Source: Euprymna scolopes (Eukaryota). Taken from it: a stretch of 64,000 bases of DNA. This document shows positions 24,748 through 36,309 of the stretch, piece by piece (position 1 is the first letter of the stretch; the number at the start of each line of letters is the position of its first letter). The position numbers and the translations under genes are program-made. The stretch lies in the NCBI GenBank assembly GCA_053919585.1, contig CM132783.1; one strand, written 5' to 3'. Under the pieces are notes generated by a model, which was not told the DNA's origin, did not search any database, and saw nothing but the letters and a program-made list of their open reading frames with translations.

Positions 24748-25989
24748 TTTTTTAAACATTTTGTATCTACGTTTTTTTGTACGTTCTTTCACTAGAGATT
24801 GAACTTGTAACCACTAATTCATTAGTGGTTAAGTAGAATTCATTGTTTAGCCTCATGGATAAAGGCATTGGTTATGAGCCTAGTAGGTGCCTAGTTGTGA
24901 CAACCAAGCTGAGGATAGTGGTTGAAAACCTGTAAATAATAATAATATCTACCCTGCTCTTAAAAATACCATTAAATACTTAGTAAAAAATAGTTATTGC
25001 AATTTACACTCGAAAATACAATTTTACATTTTTGTTTGTTTTTGTTTTTTAATAAATAAAGTTTCCATTAATGATAGAAATGGACCAGACTTAAGGTAGA
25101 CGATTTAAAATGATTTGGTGATTTTTATTTTTAGGTGATCATTTTAAATGCTTCAGATTAGCAACTGTCTGACCCAGATTAAGTAATTATAAAAATAAAC
25201 TGTAGCAAAGTATGTTAATATATTGCCAATAATAGGATACAACAATGACAAACAAAAATTGGCTCGTCTAAAACAAATTTTCATTTTAAATGCTATTCTG
25301 GTGAGACTTTGAAAATCTGACAAAATAACAAATGTAAGAATTCATTTTTTTTTAATTAAAAAGTAACAATAATGATAATAATAAACAGCTTCCACTGATG
25401 ATGAAAATAGATTATTTCCAAAATTATTTACTTTTATTTATTTTTGTAAGCATCTTTCATTTTAAAATTGTAATGGCCAAATGTTTATCTTCTGTAAAAA
25501 GCTTTTGGGCCTTTATTGGAGCATCATTATTGGTATTAATTTTATTAATAATATATTCAGCAATCCAAGTGTTCTCTATACTAAATCTACTGTGATTCTA
25601 CTCAATAATTTTAGAGCCTATAAGCAGTTATTACTATTAATATTTATTTTCTATAACAAAATATAGTCTTGGAATAATTTAAATCTTTAAAACTATAATA
25701 ATAAAAAACAACAACAAAACTTATGTCTCAAGCCGCTAATCTTAATGTAGCATTTTTACACTATTAGGACGAAATTTTGTAGTCGATAAATGGAGTTTTC
25801 AGATAAAAACAATGGTTTCTACTGATTTTTTTTTCAATTCTAATAAGTTACAATGGTAGCTTCCAAATAATGCAGTCGAAATTACTTGAATATTACTGAA
25901 TTATTAAAAAAAAAAATTTTAATCGTGTTAGCAGGTGAAAAATTTTGGTGATCTTGTTTCAATCAAAATGTAAAATTACCTCACTATTA

Positions 25990-28900
25990 ATCGCCCTGTT
26001 TGTGGGACTTTAGAATATGCCAATATGACCAATGGCACATTATTGGTCCAAGTAAAACCTCCTAAACTGGACAACTTTCGATGGGATAAAAATAAAAGTT
26101 TACCCACACAAATTTCTTGAACACCTCTAGAGGAGTAGTAAGGTGTGAAGAACTCACACAGTGCACCATAGAAGAAATTAAAATCAATCTAACAAAGCAA
26201 AATGTGTCAGATGTGAGGAGAATGGTCATTAAAAGAAATGATACACACCAACACATATGTATTAACCGTTAACTCAACCAAACTCTCACCAGAAATAGAA
26301 ATTGAGTACACGATGGTCAAGGTGGAAACATACATACCAGGACCACTCCGGTGCTTCAGTTGTCAAAAGTTCGGTCACCACAAAGATCGATGCACCCGAA
26401 CCCCTGTGTGCGGAAGATGTGGTAAAAGCGGACCAGATCATGAAGAAAAAGACTACAAAGAAAAACCAACCTGCACCAATTGTGAGAGAGGACACTCAGC
26501 CAATTCAAGAAAGTGCAAGACGTGGCAAAATGAAAAAGAAATCACTAAAATAAAATATACCATAAATATCTCTTTCCCAGAAGCCAGGAAAATGTATGAA
26601 TCCACCATCCCAACATACTTGGAAATGACAAAAAAAAAAAAACACCACCATAACTAACACCCATAAAGGCCAAAAGTTTGACTCCATCAACAAACCTTCA
26701 GAAATAAAAACTGACGAACTCCCACCCATCATAACAGAACTAAGATCTCTATTAAAAGAGCTGAAAGCTTTTGTGATGGAATTGGGCACAAACTACCACA
26801 CAAGACCAAGACTTCTCCAAGAGCCAGATTCTGCCAAACAGAAAATGAAAATAGAGCAAGCAACACAGACACACAAAATAAGAGACCCTCCCAGGTGACA
26901 TCCCCAATGGAAAAATTCTTCCAGGAACATGGACCTAAACAAAGGTCTCGAAGCAGATCTATGCAACGGTCCAATGACAAACCAAAGGGACAGAATAAGG
27001 GACAAAAAGATGGTCCATCGAAGAAAGAAAAGAATGATGACGAACACCTAAGTAGAGAAAAACCACGGCAACATTCAGGAAAAGAAACTGGAAGTCGTAA
27101 AGACATTCCTGAAACAAAAAAAAAACGAACTGACCGACATGAAAAAATGTGGAGGCAGAGGATAACTCTGAACCTCCTCTTATCCAATGGAACTGCTGAG
27201 GACTTAAGGCAAACATAAACAAATTACTATTGTTAATATCTAACCTACAACCTGCTATCATCTGCCTCCAGGAAACATTTCTGAAGACACACGATAACAT
27301 CACTACAAAAAAATACACCCAATACAACTTTATGCACAATACTGGACAGAGGGCCTCCGAAGGTGTATCGATTCTAGTTAGAAACGACATCCCTCAGAAC
27401 GAAATAACTCTAGACACCACATTGCAAGTAATTGCTGTGAAAACCACTTTACATAAAACTATCAACATTTGCTCCATGTATATCCCACCACATGATCCCA
27501 TAAAAGAAGCCGAAGTCAACAAAATAATAGAACTTCCTAAACCATACAACCTACTAGGAGACTTCAACAACCACAACATCATATGAGGAAGCAATAAAAC
27601 AGATGCAAAAGGTAAAAAACTAGAAATCATCAACAATAACAATCTGTCCCTCATGAACCAAATCTCCAATACATACCTCCACCCTGCCTCAGGTACATAC
27701 TCAGCCATTGATTTGTTGCTATGCGACCCAGCCACATTAATGGACTACAGTTGGCAAGTGTATGATGATTCATGTGGTAGCAATCACTTTCCCATTATAC
27801 TTGAAAACTCAATCCCGATTGAAGATAACCCCCTCAGATGGAAGCTAAACAAAAGCTAACTAGGAAGAATATAAAACCCAATGCAATGCAAAACTAATAG
27901 ACAAAGATGAACCGGAGAACTCTATGGAACACTTTACTGATATCTTGATGTCAATAGCTGGGGAATGTACACCCAAAGGCTCCAAATCCCAAAAATATAA
28001 AAGACCTTGGTTTAATGAAAATTGCCAAAAAGTGGTAAGATTACGTAAAGCTCCACTGCGAAAATTTAAAATTCGACCCACTACCCACAATCTAGACCAA
28101 TTCAAACAAAACCGAACAAAAGCCCATAGAACAATTAAGGAGGCCAAAAGAATGTCATGGAGAGTCTACATCAGCAAACTGAACCCACACCAAAACAAAA
28201 CAAATCTGGAATATGGTTAGAAAGATAGCTGGCAAAAATCAACCAACACCACTAAAACATGTTAAATGATAATACAAAAATAACCAGCAAAAAATATATA
28301 GCAAATGTTCTCGCAAAAACCTTCTCAAAAAACTCCTCTAACGAAAATTATAAACCACAATTAAAAAAAGTCAAACTAGATGCTGAAAGGAACAAACTAA
28401 ACTTCAAGTCAGACAATGTAGAAGACTACAACAAACCTTTCACCCTATCTGAATTAACCGATACCATAAACAGTTCACACAAACTGCAACAGGGTCAGAT
28501 GAGATCCATTATGAGTTCCTGAAACAACTACCTCAAAAATGCTTAATATACCTCCAAAACATCTTCAACGACATCTGGATTAGGGGTAAACTCCCTGACA
28601 TATGGAAACAAGCAACAGTAATTCCCATCCCAAAACCCGATAAAGTTAAGTCTGATCCCAAAAGCTACCGACCCATAGCATTAACAAGTTAAATATGTAA
28701 AACATTCGAAAGAATAGTGAACAAAAGACTAACTTGGTACCTTGAATCAAATAGTCTGTTTACAAACCACCAAAGTGGGCTCCGAAATAAAAGAAGCACC
28801 ATTGATAACCTAATACGCTCAGAAACCTTTATCAGAGAGGGATTCATAAAAAAGGAACATACAACGACCATTTTCTTTGATTTAGAAAAGGCCTATGATA

Positions 28901-30574
28901 CAACGTGGAGATACTGTATCATGAGAGACCTACACAATCTCGGACTAAGGGCAGACTACCCAAATTAATAAAAGATTTTATGTCTGACAGAAACTTTAAG
29001 GTCCATGTGGGATCCACCCTTTCCGACCTCGAAAACCAGGGGGAAGGAGTCCCATAAGGAAGCATACTATCAGTCACTTTATTTAATATTAAAATTAACA
29101 ATATTGCCAAATGCCTAAATCCTGGAATTGACTGCTCCCTATATGTCGATGACTTCTTGATCTGTTATAGATTAAAAAAATGTCCAAACAATAGAGCGAC
29201 AGTTGCAGCTGAACCTAAACAAAATAAACCGGTGAGCCACAGAAAATAGTCTTAAATTTTCTGAGTCTAAAACGAAGTGCATGCATTTCTGTAATATTAA
29301 AAAAATGCACAACGATCCAACCCTCAAACTCGATGGCAAAAAAATTGATATTACTGATCAATATAAATACCTAGGGATCATTTTTGACAAAAAATTGAAT
29401 TTTGAATACTTTAAATATTGATATTTAAAGCAGAAATATCACAAAATACTACATTAAGAGTTGTTGCCAATACAGACTGGGGAGCAGACCAACAAACACT
29501 CCTAAAACTATACAGAACCCTAATCTGCTCGAAACTGGATTATGACTGCTTCATCTATGGCTCCGAAAGGTCTTCCTACATAAATATCCTTGACCTCATT
29601 CACCATGAAGGACTAAGACTAATTTTGGGAGCATATAGAACATCTCCAAAGAAAGTCTATATGCAGAAACCCACAAAGCACCCTTAAAGCTCAGACAGGA
29701 AAAACTTGGCTTACAATATTACTTGAAACTAAAGTCTTGCCCAACAAACCCTGCTTATCAATGCACCTTTGACCCCAACTATAGAAACCTATTTAACAGA
29801 AAAGAAAAAGCCATAAAAACCTTTGGACTTCGAATGGAAACCAGCATAGAAGAATCTCAAATTCCAATAACAAATATCCACGATTCTATAATATCTGAAA
29901 GCCCACCATGGACTATGAGACAAACAGATGTAATGCTCAACTTAAATGAAAATAGAAAATCAAAAACAATACTATGGCTAAGGAGGCACTGAAGTTGGAC
30001 CTTGATGGTCACAGGATCCCATACACAAACATTAAACCCTTAACAGATATATATTTAAAAAAATGGCAAAGTCAGTGGAACGAAAACATAAATAATAAAC
30101 TATACGATATAAAACCCACACTTGGAGAGTGGAGACAGGATAAACATGGGTCCCACAAGGACTGGCCAGACTGCGTATTGGCCATACAAGACTCACACAT
30201 AATTTCCTTCTCACTCAAGATGATGAGCCAAAGTGCACAAATTGTTCAACTCCGCTTACTATAAAGCATATACTGGTAAAGTGTAATGAAAACAAACAAA
30301 TCAGACAACATTATATTAAAGCAGGAAATATGAAAAAAGTCTTCAAAAACAATGATACAAAAGACATCATTTCCTTCCTAAGAGAAACTGGACTATACAA
30401 AAAACTCTGAAGTTGTATACAACGGATACATAAATAACGAACCGTTCTTACCAAAGAAGTCACTCATCTAGACTGACACTATAAAGATTGAAATAAAAAC
30501 ACGACAGCATTAAATGACCATCAAGGTCGAGATGCTGTTAAATTAACCAACCTACCTACCTACCTACCTACCTA
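25990..30574 (+). mobile_element. I-group LINE E with deletions in the 5' UTR/ORF1 and RNase H
   Basis: 5' end resembles 11633-11665; ORF1 CFSCQKFGHHKDRC; APE CLQETF/GDFN/GSNHFPI; RT DLEKAYD, YVDDF; stem-loop at 30504-30538 and (CCTA)n tail. Confidence 0.9.
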
Positions 30575-32101
30575 TCAAACTCTGTGTCTTACGATCATTT
30601 TCATCAAATTCTATTTTTCATTTTCTTTAATAAACATTTGAAATTCAGTATTACAATTTCCGAAATCATCAGTTGTTTACGAAGAACTAATGGCTCCCTA
30701 GAAGTATTGATCAGACACCACCCCTCTCAAAACAAAAGCGTCAGGGGTCCAAATATTAGATCTAGCTTTTTACTTTATCTTGAGTTTTTCCCAACATATT
30801 TTGCTATTAAAAATCTTATACTTACCTGTGTTTGTACTTTCTCAAGAAAAATGTATTATTTATAAAACTACTTTATTTGATTGGATGAACCGATGTTATA
30901 TCGCATATCCCTCTATATTTACATGAATAAACTAGAAAGCAGCAGCTGCGACAGCGACAATAATGGCGACGCTAAGACAAGTCTGTTCGTCGATACAATG
31001 CAAATGAACTCACTAAATACACACAACTTCAAAGTCCATTTCTTCATGTACACACATCAATAGAATAGCTCGCACATACTTCAACCAAGTAAACCGCCAG
31101 AGAAGGCCACACAGCAACAGAAAAACTAAAATACAAAACACAAACATTGTAGTAAACGCATTTCCTGCAGCATATAAACACGAATATCTATTTCACGTAA
31201 CACTGCAACAATACAACACCAACTAGATTACATTCACAACTTTCTTAGCTTTAAAATCGATATAACACATGCAAACAGATGATTCTCTACATTAAAGCAC
31301 AAAAAACAAACAATTAAAAAGCAAAATTCAAACCAGTGATCAAATCTCTCTTTGCCTTCACCTACGTCCGTGCCGTGAAAATAAAAGCGTCAGCCTTCTC
31401 GACAAACGGGCAGTTACGCCAATGTGAGCCGCGCTGTGAACTTCACTCCGTTTAGCAGCTAGTAGTAGCTTACCCCTTTCTACTACGCACCGTCAGCATC
31501 ACCGCCGCCATCTCACAAGTGATTCTAATTCAAGCCCCGAAAACTACCCTTCTTTGCCGCCGCTGGATTATCACCGCTCATTAACCACTCGCTACCGATA
31601 TCAACTACTAAAGATCGCGGCACACACTAAGCCAAATTCCTACCATCACCGCCCTCACCCATCCGAACCAAAACTTAGACCACCGACGAGTTTATCTCAA
31701 CCCCCAACCAGCCTTCATAACGACGACGTCATAAATCTCTGATTTGGTGAGAATAAAATATATATATATATATATAACTTTACTCAGTCGTTTGTATTTT
31801 TCTTGCAACCATACGCTTGTTTATGAAATCGACTTGTGCTACTTTCCCTCCACCCCTCTTCTGCTTATTATTTTAGTTTTATTGAAGTATATTTTATTAT
31901 TAAAACTATTTTATACATTGCACTATATGTAATATTTACATACCTTTACATTTTAGACTACATTTCTTGTATAGTTTTTGATTTGCTCTATTAATTCACT
32001 TTCATTAATTTAATATAACTTAAAAGCTTCAGGATGGAGTGCCATTGCTTTATTTAACTGTTTAAATATTTTAGTCCGATAACAACCTTGTTTAAATCAT
32101 T

Positions 32102-32600
32102 CAGTACTTGTTAAAATAGTCGATAGATCAATTTTTTTTTTTTTTTTAATATGCCGTTTTAAACAAAAACAATATTACGTAAATAATTGCCATGCCAAAA
32201 ATAGTAATATATCTAAAAATTATGAAAAATCATTGAGTAGAAAGTTATTTCTAGTTAAAAGTAATTTTTACAGAAAATTGGGTAAAATCGCATTTTTTCT
32301 TAGGTTTTATAAAGTAAGCAGCAGATGTCTAAACACAGGGGACATAACTCTGGAACAAAATTTTTTTTAGATTACTTGTGTCATGGTTGCAATATTTGTT
32401 GTCTATAGCCATAGACGTTTTTTTTTTTTTTTTTTTTTTTTTACTAAAAACACAATAGCAGTTGTTCTACTTGATGAATGTTCGTAATTTTGGGATATAT
32501 TACTATTATCGACATGACAATTAAGTATGTAATATTGCTTTTGCTTAAAACGATATATTAAAAAAATTGATTTGTTGATAATGGCTTAACAAGCACCAAT
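32102..32600. mobile_element. MITE-like element with about 160-bp degenerate terminal inverted repeats
   Basis: 32102-32265 is an imperfect reverse complement of 32460-32600 (shared cgttttaa..caatattac..aattg.catg..aatagtaatatatc). Confidence 0.65.
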
Positions 32601-33011
32601 CATTCTTTTTACTGAAGTAGCAGAGCTTGGGGTATAAAATCTTAGGGTAAAGAATTATTTTGTATTATTTGGACTGTTCTCATCTTGAGTTTTATTTGCA
32701 CAGTGTTTCAGCCGATGTAACTTCCGACCTTTAAATGTATTTTGTCAATACCTGTCTTGCTATGGGTTGTGATATTTCCTATGCTTTATAGCAGACTATT
32801 GCAATCTTCCGTTTTATAGTTTTATTAATTTTGATTGTTGATAAAGAGAGAAACTGCATAAAACAAGAGGAAGGGGGGGGTCAAACAACACACAGTGGGA
32901 GTAATATACAGAAATTTTGTTTAAAAATGAGTTATTTGGTGAGAAAACTTCAAATACTAATGAGAAAAATTAAGATTGTTTTTTGATAAATAACAATCTC
33001 CAAATCTAATA

Positions 33012-33524
33012 GCGTTATATTAATTTATTTTTATTTCGGACTATTATTCTCATATAGGATAGGAACCTCGAATCTCCTAACTGCATTCTCAGCCATCAGT
33101 AGTTGTTGTCGTCTCACCACATTTTGGCCAAGTAAACCTCTGGCACGCTTTGGGTGGGATTGAAACCGCTATCTTCAGACAATGTTCATCTGGAACTGTA
33201 GAGATTCAACGTCTCTATCAACTGCGCCACGGGCCCCAAGAACATTGTCTGAAGATAGCGGTTTCAATCCCACTCAAAGCGTGCCAGAGGTTTACTTGGC
33301 CAAAATGTGGTGAGACGACAACAACTACGGATGGCAGTGATGGCTGAGAATGCAGTTAGGAGATTCGAAGTTCCTATCCGTCGCGGTTACCACCTGACGA
33401 AGGCCAGAGGAATAGTTGGCCGAAACGTTGTGAATAAACAAACCAATAAAAGATGAAAAAACAACAATTAATAAAGATGAGAATAATAGTCCGAAATAAA
33501 AATAAATTAATATATATAATGCGC
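33012..33524. mobile_element. Palindromic non-autonomous retroelement: head-to-head copies with a tRNA-derived head and a hammerhead motif
   Basis: Arms about 33012-33187 and 33240-33524 are near-perfect inverted repeats except for indels; 52-nt spacer carries the A box on the minus strand. Confidence 0.8.
33391..33432 (+). ncRNA. Minimal type I hammerhead ribozyme motif
   Basis: cac-CTGACGA-a-ggcca..tggcc-GAAAC-gtt-gtg: intact core, stem II, short stem I, palindromic AACGTT in place of stem III as in Penelope pLTR hammerheads. Confidence 0.8.
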
Positions 33525-34905
33525 ATCTCAAAAGTCAATTCCAATTAAGGAATAATATATATATACAAATAGTGTTAATGTGTATTTTGTGTGATTAATA
33601 AAATATATCGGTAAACAAATGTTGATTAACTAGGTTTCAATAAAAACTATGTCGTCTATGGTTAATTTTATTGGCAGTTTAAGTTTTTTTTTAAAGACAT
33701 TAAATAGAATATCAATCTATGTTTTAAGTCTATTATCAAAGTTATAAAATTACATTTTAAGTTTTGCTTTGTAACAGATTTATGTAACCATCTTTTCACC
33801 TGTAAAAACTGAAACAATTTACTATATATAGTTTTTTTTTATTAGGGTATTCATATATGGTACATGTTGATATACAGATTCTCGTTAGATAACTGAAGTG
33901 GTCAGTACCAGATGAGTGACCATTTCGAAATAAAAGACACCGTATGTGGAAAGACAATGAAATCTCCATTTAAAAAAATTTTTTTTAAAATACAACTCTG
34001 AAGTGGCCATTAGCAAATGCTTAAGTATAACCTGCTAATCCACATGTGTTGGGATTGAGTTATGTAATGAAAAAAAATCATGTCCTAATTAGTCATAATT
34101 TTAATTTAATGCCAATCATCCATTTCTTCATGTCTTATTTTCATCCTCTCTCTCTCTAGTGTTTGATACCCCCCCCATTCTTATTTTATATCCATTCTCA
34201 TCATTCTGTTTAACACTCAAAGGTAATAAAATATTAACTACAAAATAAGATCCGAACAGTCCATTATAAGCAATAGAAAAGTTCGCCAGCATTAATACTA
34301 TTCAACCTAAAAATTCCGGGGGGGGGGGGAGACATATAGCAAACAGATGATTTTGGATTTTATCTTCAAATAAACTGGCTTTACTTGAATCAGTGAAAGG
34401 TGAATTCACAATCTAACCCGGGCTCAAAGGGTGACCCAACGGGTTCTTTTCAGGCTATATTGATATTATTAATACTATATTTCTTGGTTCTTGAGCAGAG
34501 TTCCATCATATTAAAGAAAGCAAAAATAAAGAAATCTGTATGATGTTTGTACCCATGGCAAAACAAAAGTATTATATTCCAAAAATCATATAAATTGATC
34601 AAGAAATTTTTTTTGTACATAAAAAAAAAAAATCATTGTACAAGTAACTGAGGAGTAACTATCTTGCCCGCCATTTTGAAAACAAACTCAAGAAACAAAG
34701 GGAGATTTTCGCTATAATGAATTCCCATTAATTGCTTAAAAATTATTTTCTTTATAAAGATTAAAGTATTTGATCAATTTATGTAATTTTTTAAATATAA
34801 TTTTCGTTTTGTCACAGGTAAGTACTTGATCTTTTTTAATATGAGAAAATTCTGGACAAGAACCAATTTCTCTTTGAGTAAATGTTTTCATTATTTTCTT
34901 TATAG

Positions 34906-34989
34906 ATGACTCAACGTTTGGACTTGTATGCAAAATCTCTGGCTGAAGCTATCAAGGAAGATTATGAACCCACAATATTGAAAGAGTAA
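34906..34989 (+). CDS. UPB1: Beta-ureidopropionase, last coding exon (MTQRLDLYAKSLAEAIKEDYEPTILKE*)
   Basis: Acceptor ttttctttatag; splices in frame with 22240-22326; matches the recalled UPB1 terminus MT.R...YA..LAEA....Y.PTI.KE-stop; AATAAA downstream. Confidence 0.92.
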   Translation: MTQRLDLYAKSLAEAIKEDYEPTILKE

Positions 34990-35459
34990 AAGAGAATCAA
35001 AGCATGCACCTTTTTCCTGATTCTCATTTCATACCGGACCTATCTTGCTGCCAATGACATAGTTAATAATTTGAATTATAACTTTATATACGAACAAAAT
35101 CAATTGATCTATTTCAGAAAATGTTTAAACATGATTATTTTTATTCAAGACAATTCTGATTTATTGAAAATGTAGAAAATAAAATTATTAAATACATTTG
35201 AATTAATATTTTTTAATATGCAGTAAAATTTATATACACATTAAAAAAATTGCCTGACAATAAAATTAATACAAGTTTTTATTTGGTGAAATAAAATTTG
35301 ATTTATACAAGCTTTTTTTTTTGTTCATTTAATTTTCATATTATTTCAGTGATATTAAGTGTTCATCTTCCATGTGTAAGTATTCATGATTTCAATCATA
35401 AAATTTTATTTTACTTTTTAATTCCATAGATTTCCTTTTTGATGAACATAGTGATACAC

Positions 35460-36300
35460 TTAGTGACCCCTCCCTTGCTCCCAAGTGCTAGGAAGTAGGA
35501 GAGAAAAGAAAGAGGATATATGACAAAAAGTAAGTTTATCATAGAAAATAGGATATGACAGTAGATAGAAATTTCTTCCTTAATGCAGACAGAGTGAGGG
35601 TGGCTAAGGTGCAGTCACAATTAAAATGATGGGAACAAAAGAAGGAGTGTTGCTAGAGGTGTGTTGTTAAATAGGCTTATCAGGGTAGACAAAAGAAACT
35701 TGAGATAGAATTATTGGTCAAAGGGACAGAACAATGGATAGAGGTATATTTAGTTTTATGACGATGAGGGAACAGTATGCAGAGACTAATGTTGAGAGGT
35801 GGACACAGATTGTAGCTCAGAACAAATGGGGAAATGAATTGTTCAACAAACTGACAAACCCAGCCTCGGCAGGATATATAGATGAGGGCCTTAGCATGTA
35901 GAAGATCCATGGAGACACAAGAGCCACACTGATATGTGTAAAGCTTTGGAGTCTGTTTTCTTTTGTTTTTCTGTGTTTTATTTTATATATTTTTCCAACA
36001 TATAAACAACTGCCATAATAGTATAAAATTCACAATTGAACATTCAACCACGCATATCACATTTTTAGATGTTCTGATAAATATTTCAAGTAATCATATC
36101 ACCACATCTCTACACACAAAACCGACTGATGGACACAATTACCTACATTTCGAAAGTTGCCACCCAATCACAACGAAAAAGTCAATCGTATACAGTCAAT
36201 GTCTGCGCATTAAAAGGATATGCACAGACCCATCCGATTATGACACACAGGTAGGCATCTTAATCAACCACTTCCTTCGCAAAAACTACCCATTCAATGA
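35460..36300. mobile_element. Penelope-like element fragments: RT/thumb region on +, possible inverted decayed 3' part on -
   Basis: IKFTIE..ITFLDV..HTKPTD..YLHFESCHP..KKSIVYSQCLRIKRIC at 35990-36300; the minus-strand part is tentative. Confidence 0.7.
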
Positions 36301-36309
36301 TTTGATGAT

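Noticed and set aside
110-30214. Numerous Phe/Leu-rich minus-strand ORFs
   Set aside because: Antisense shadows of A-rich retroelement ORFs with no recognisable domains.
33152-33237. Genuine tRNA gene
   Set aside because: A/B-box-like motifs are present, but there is no acceptor stem or proper cloverleaf; treated as a SINE head.
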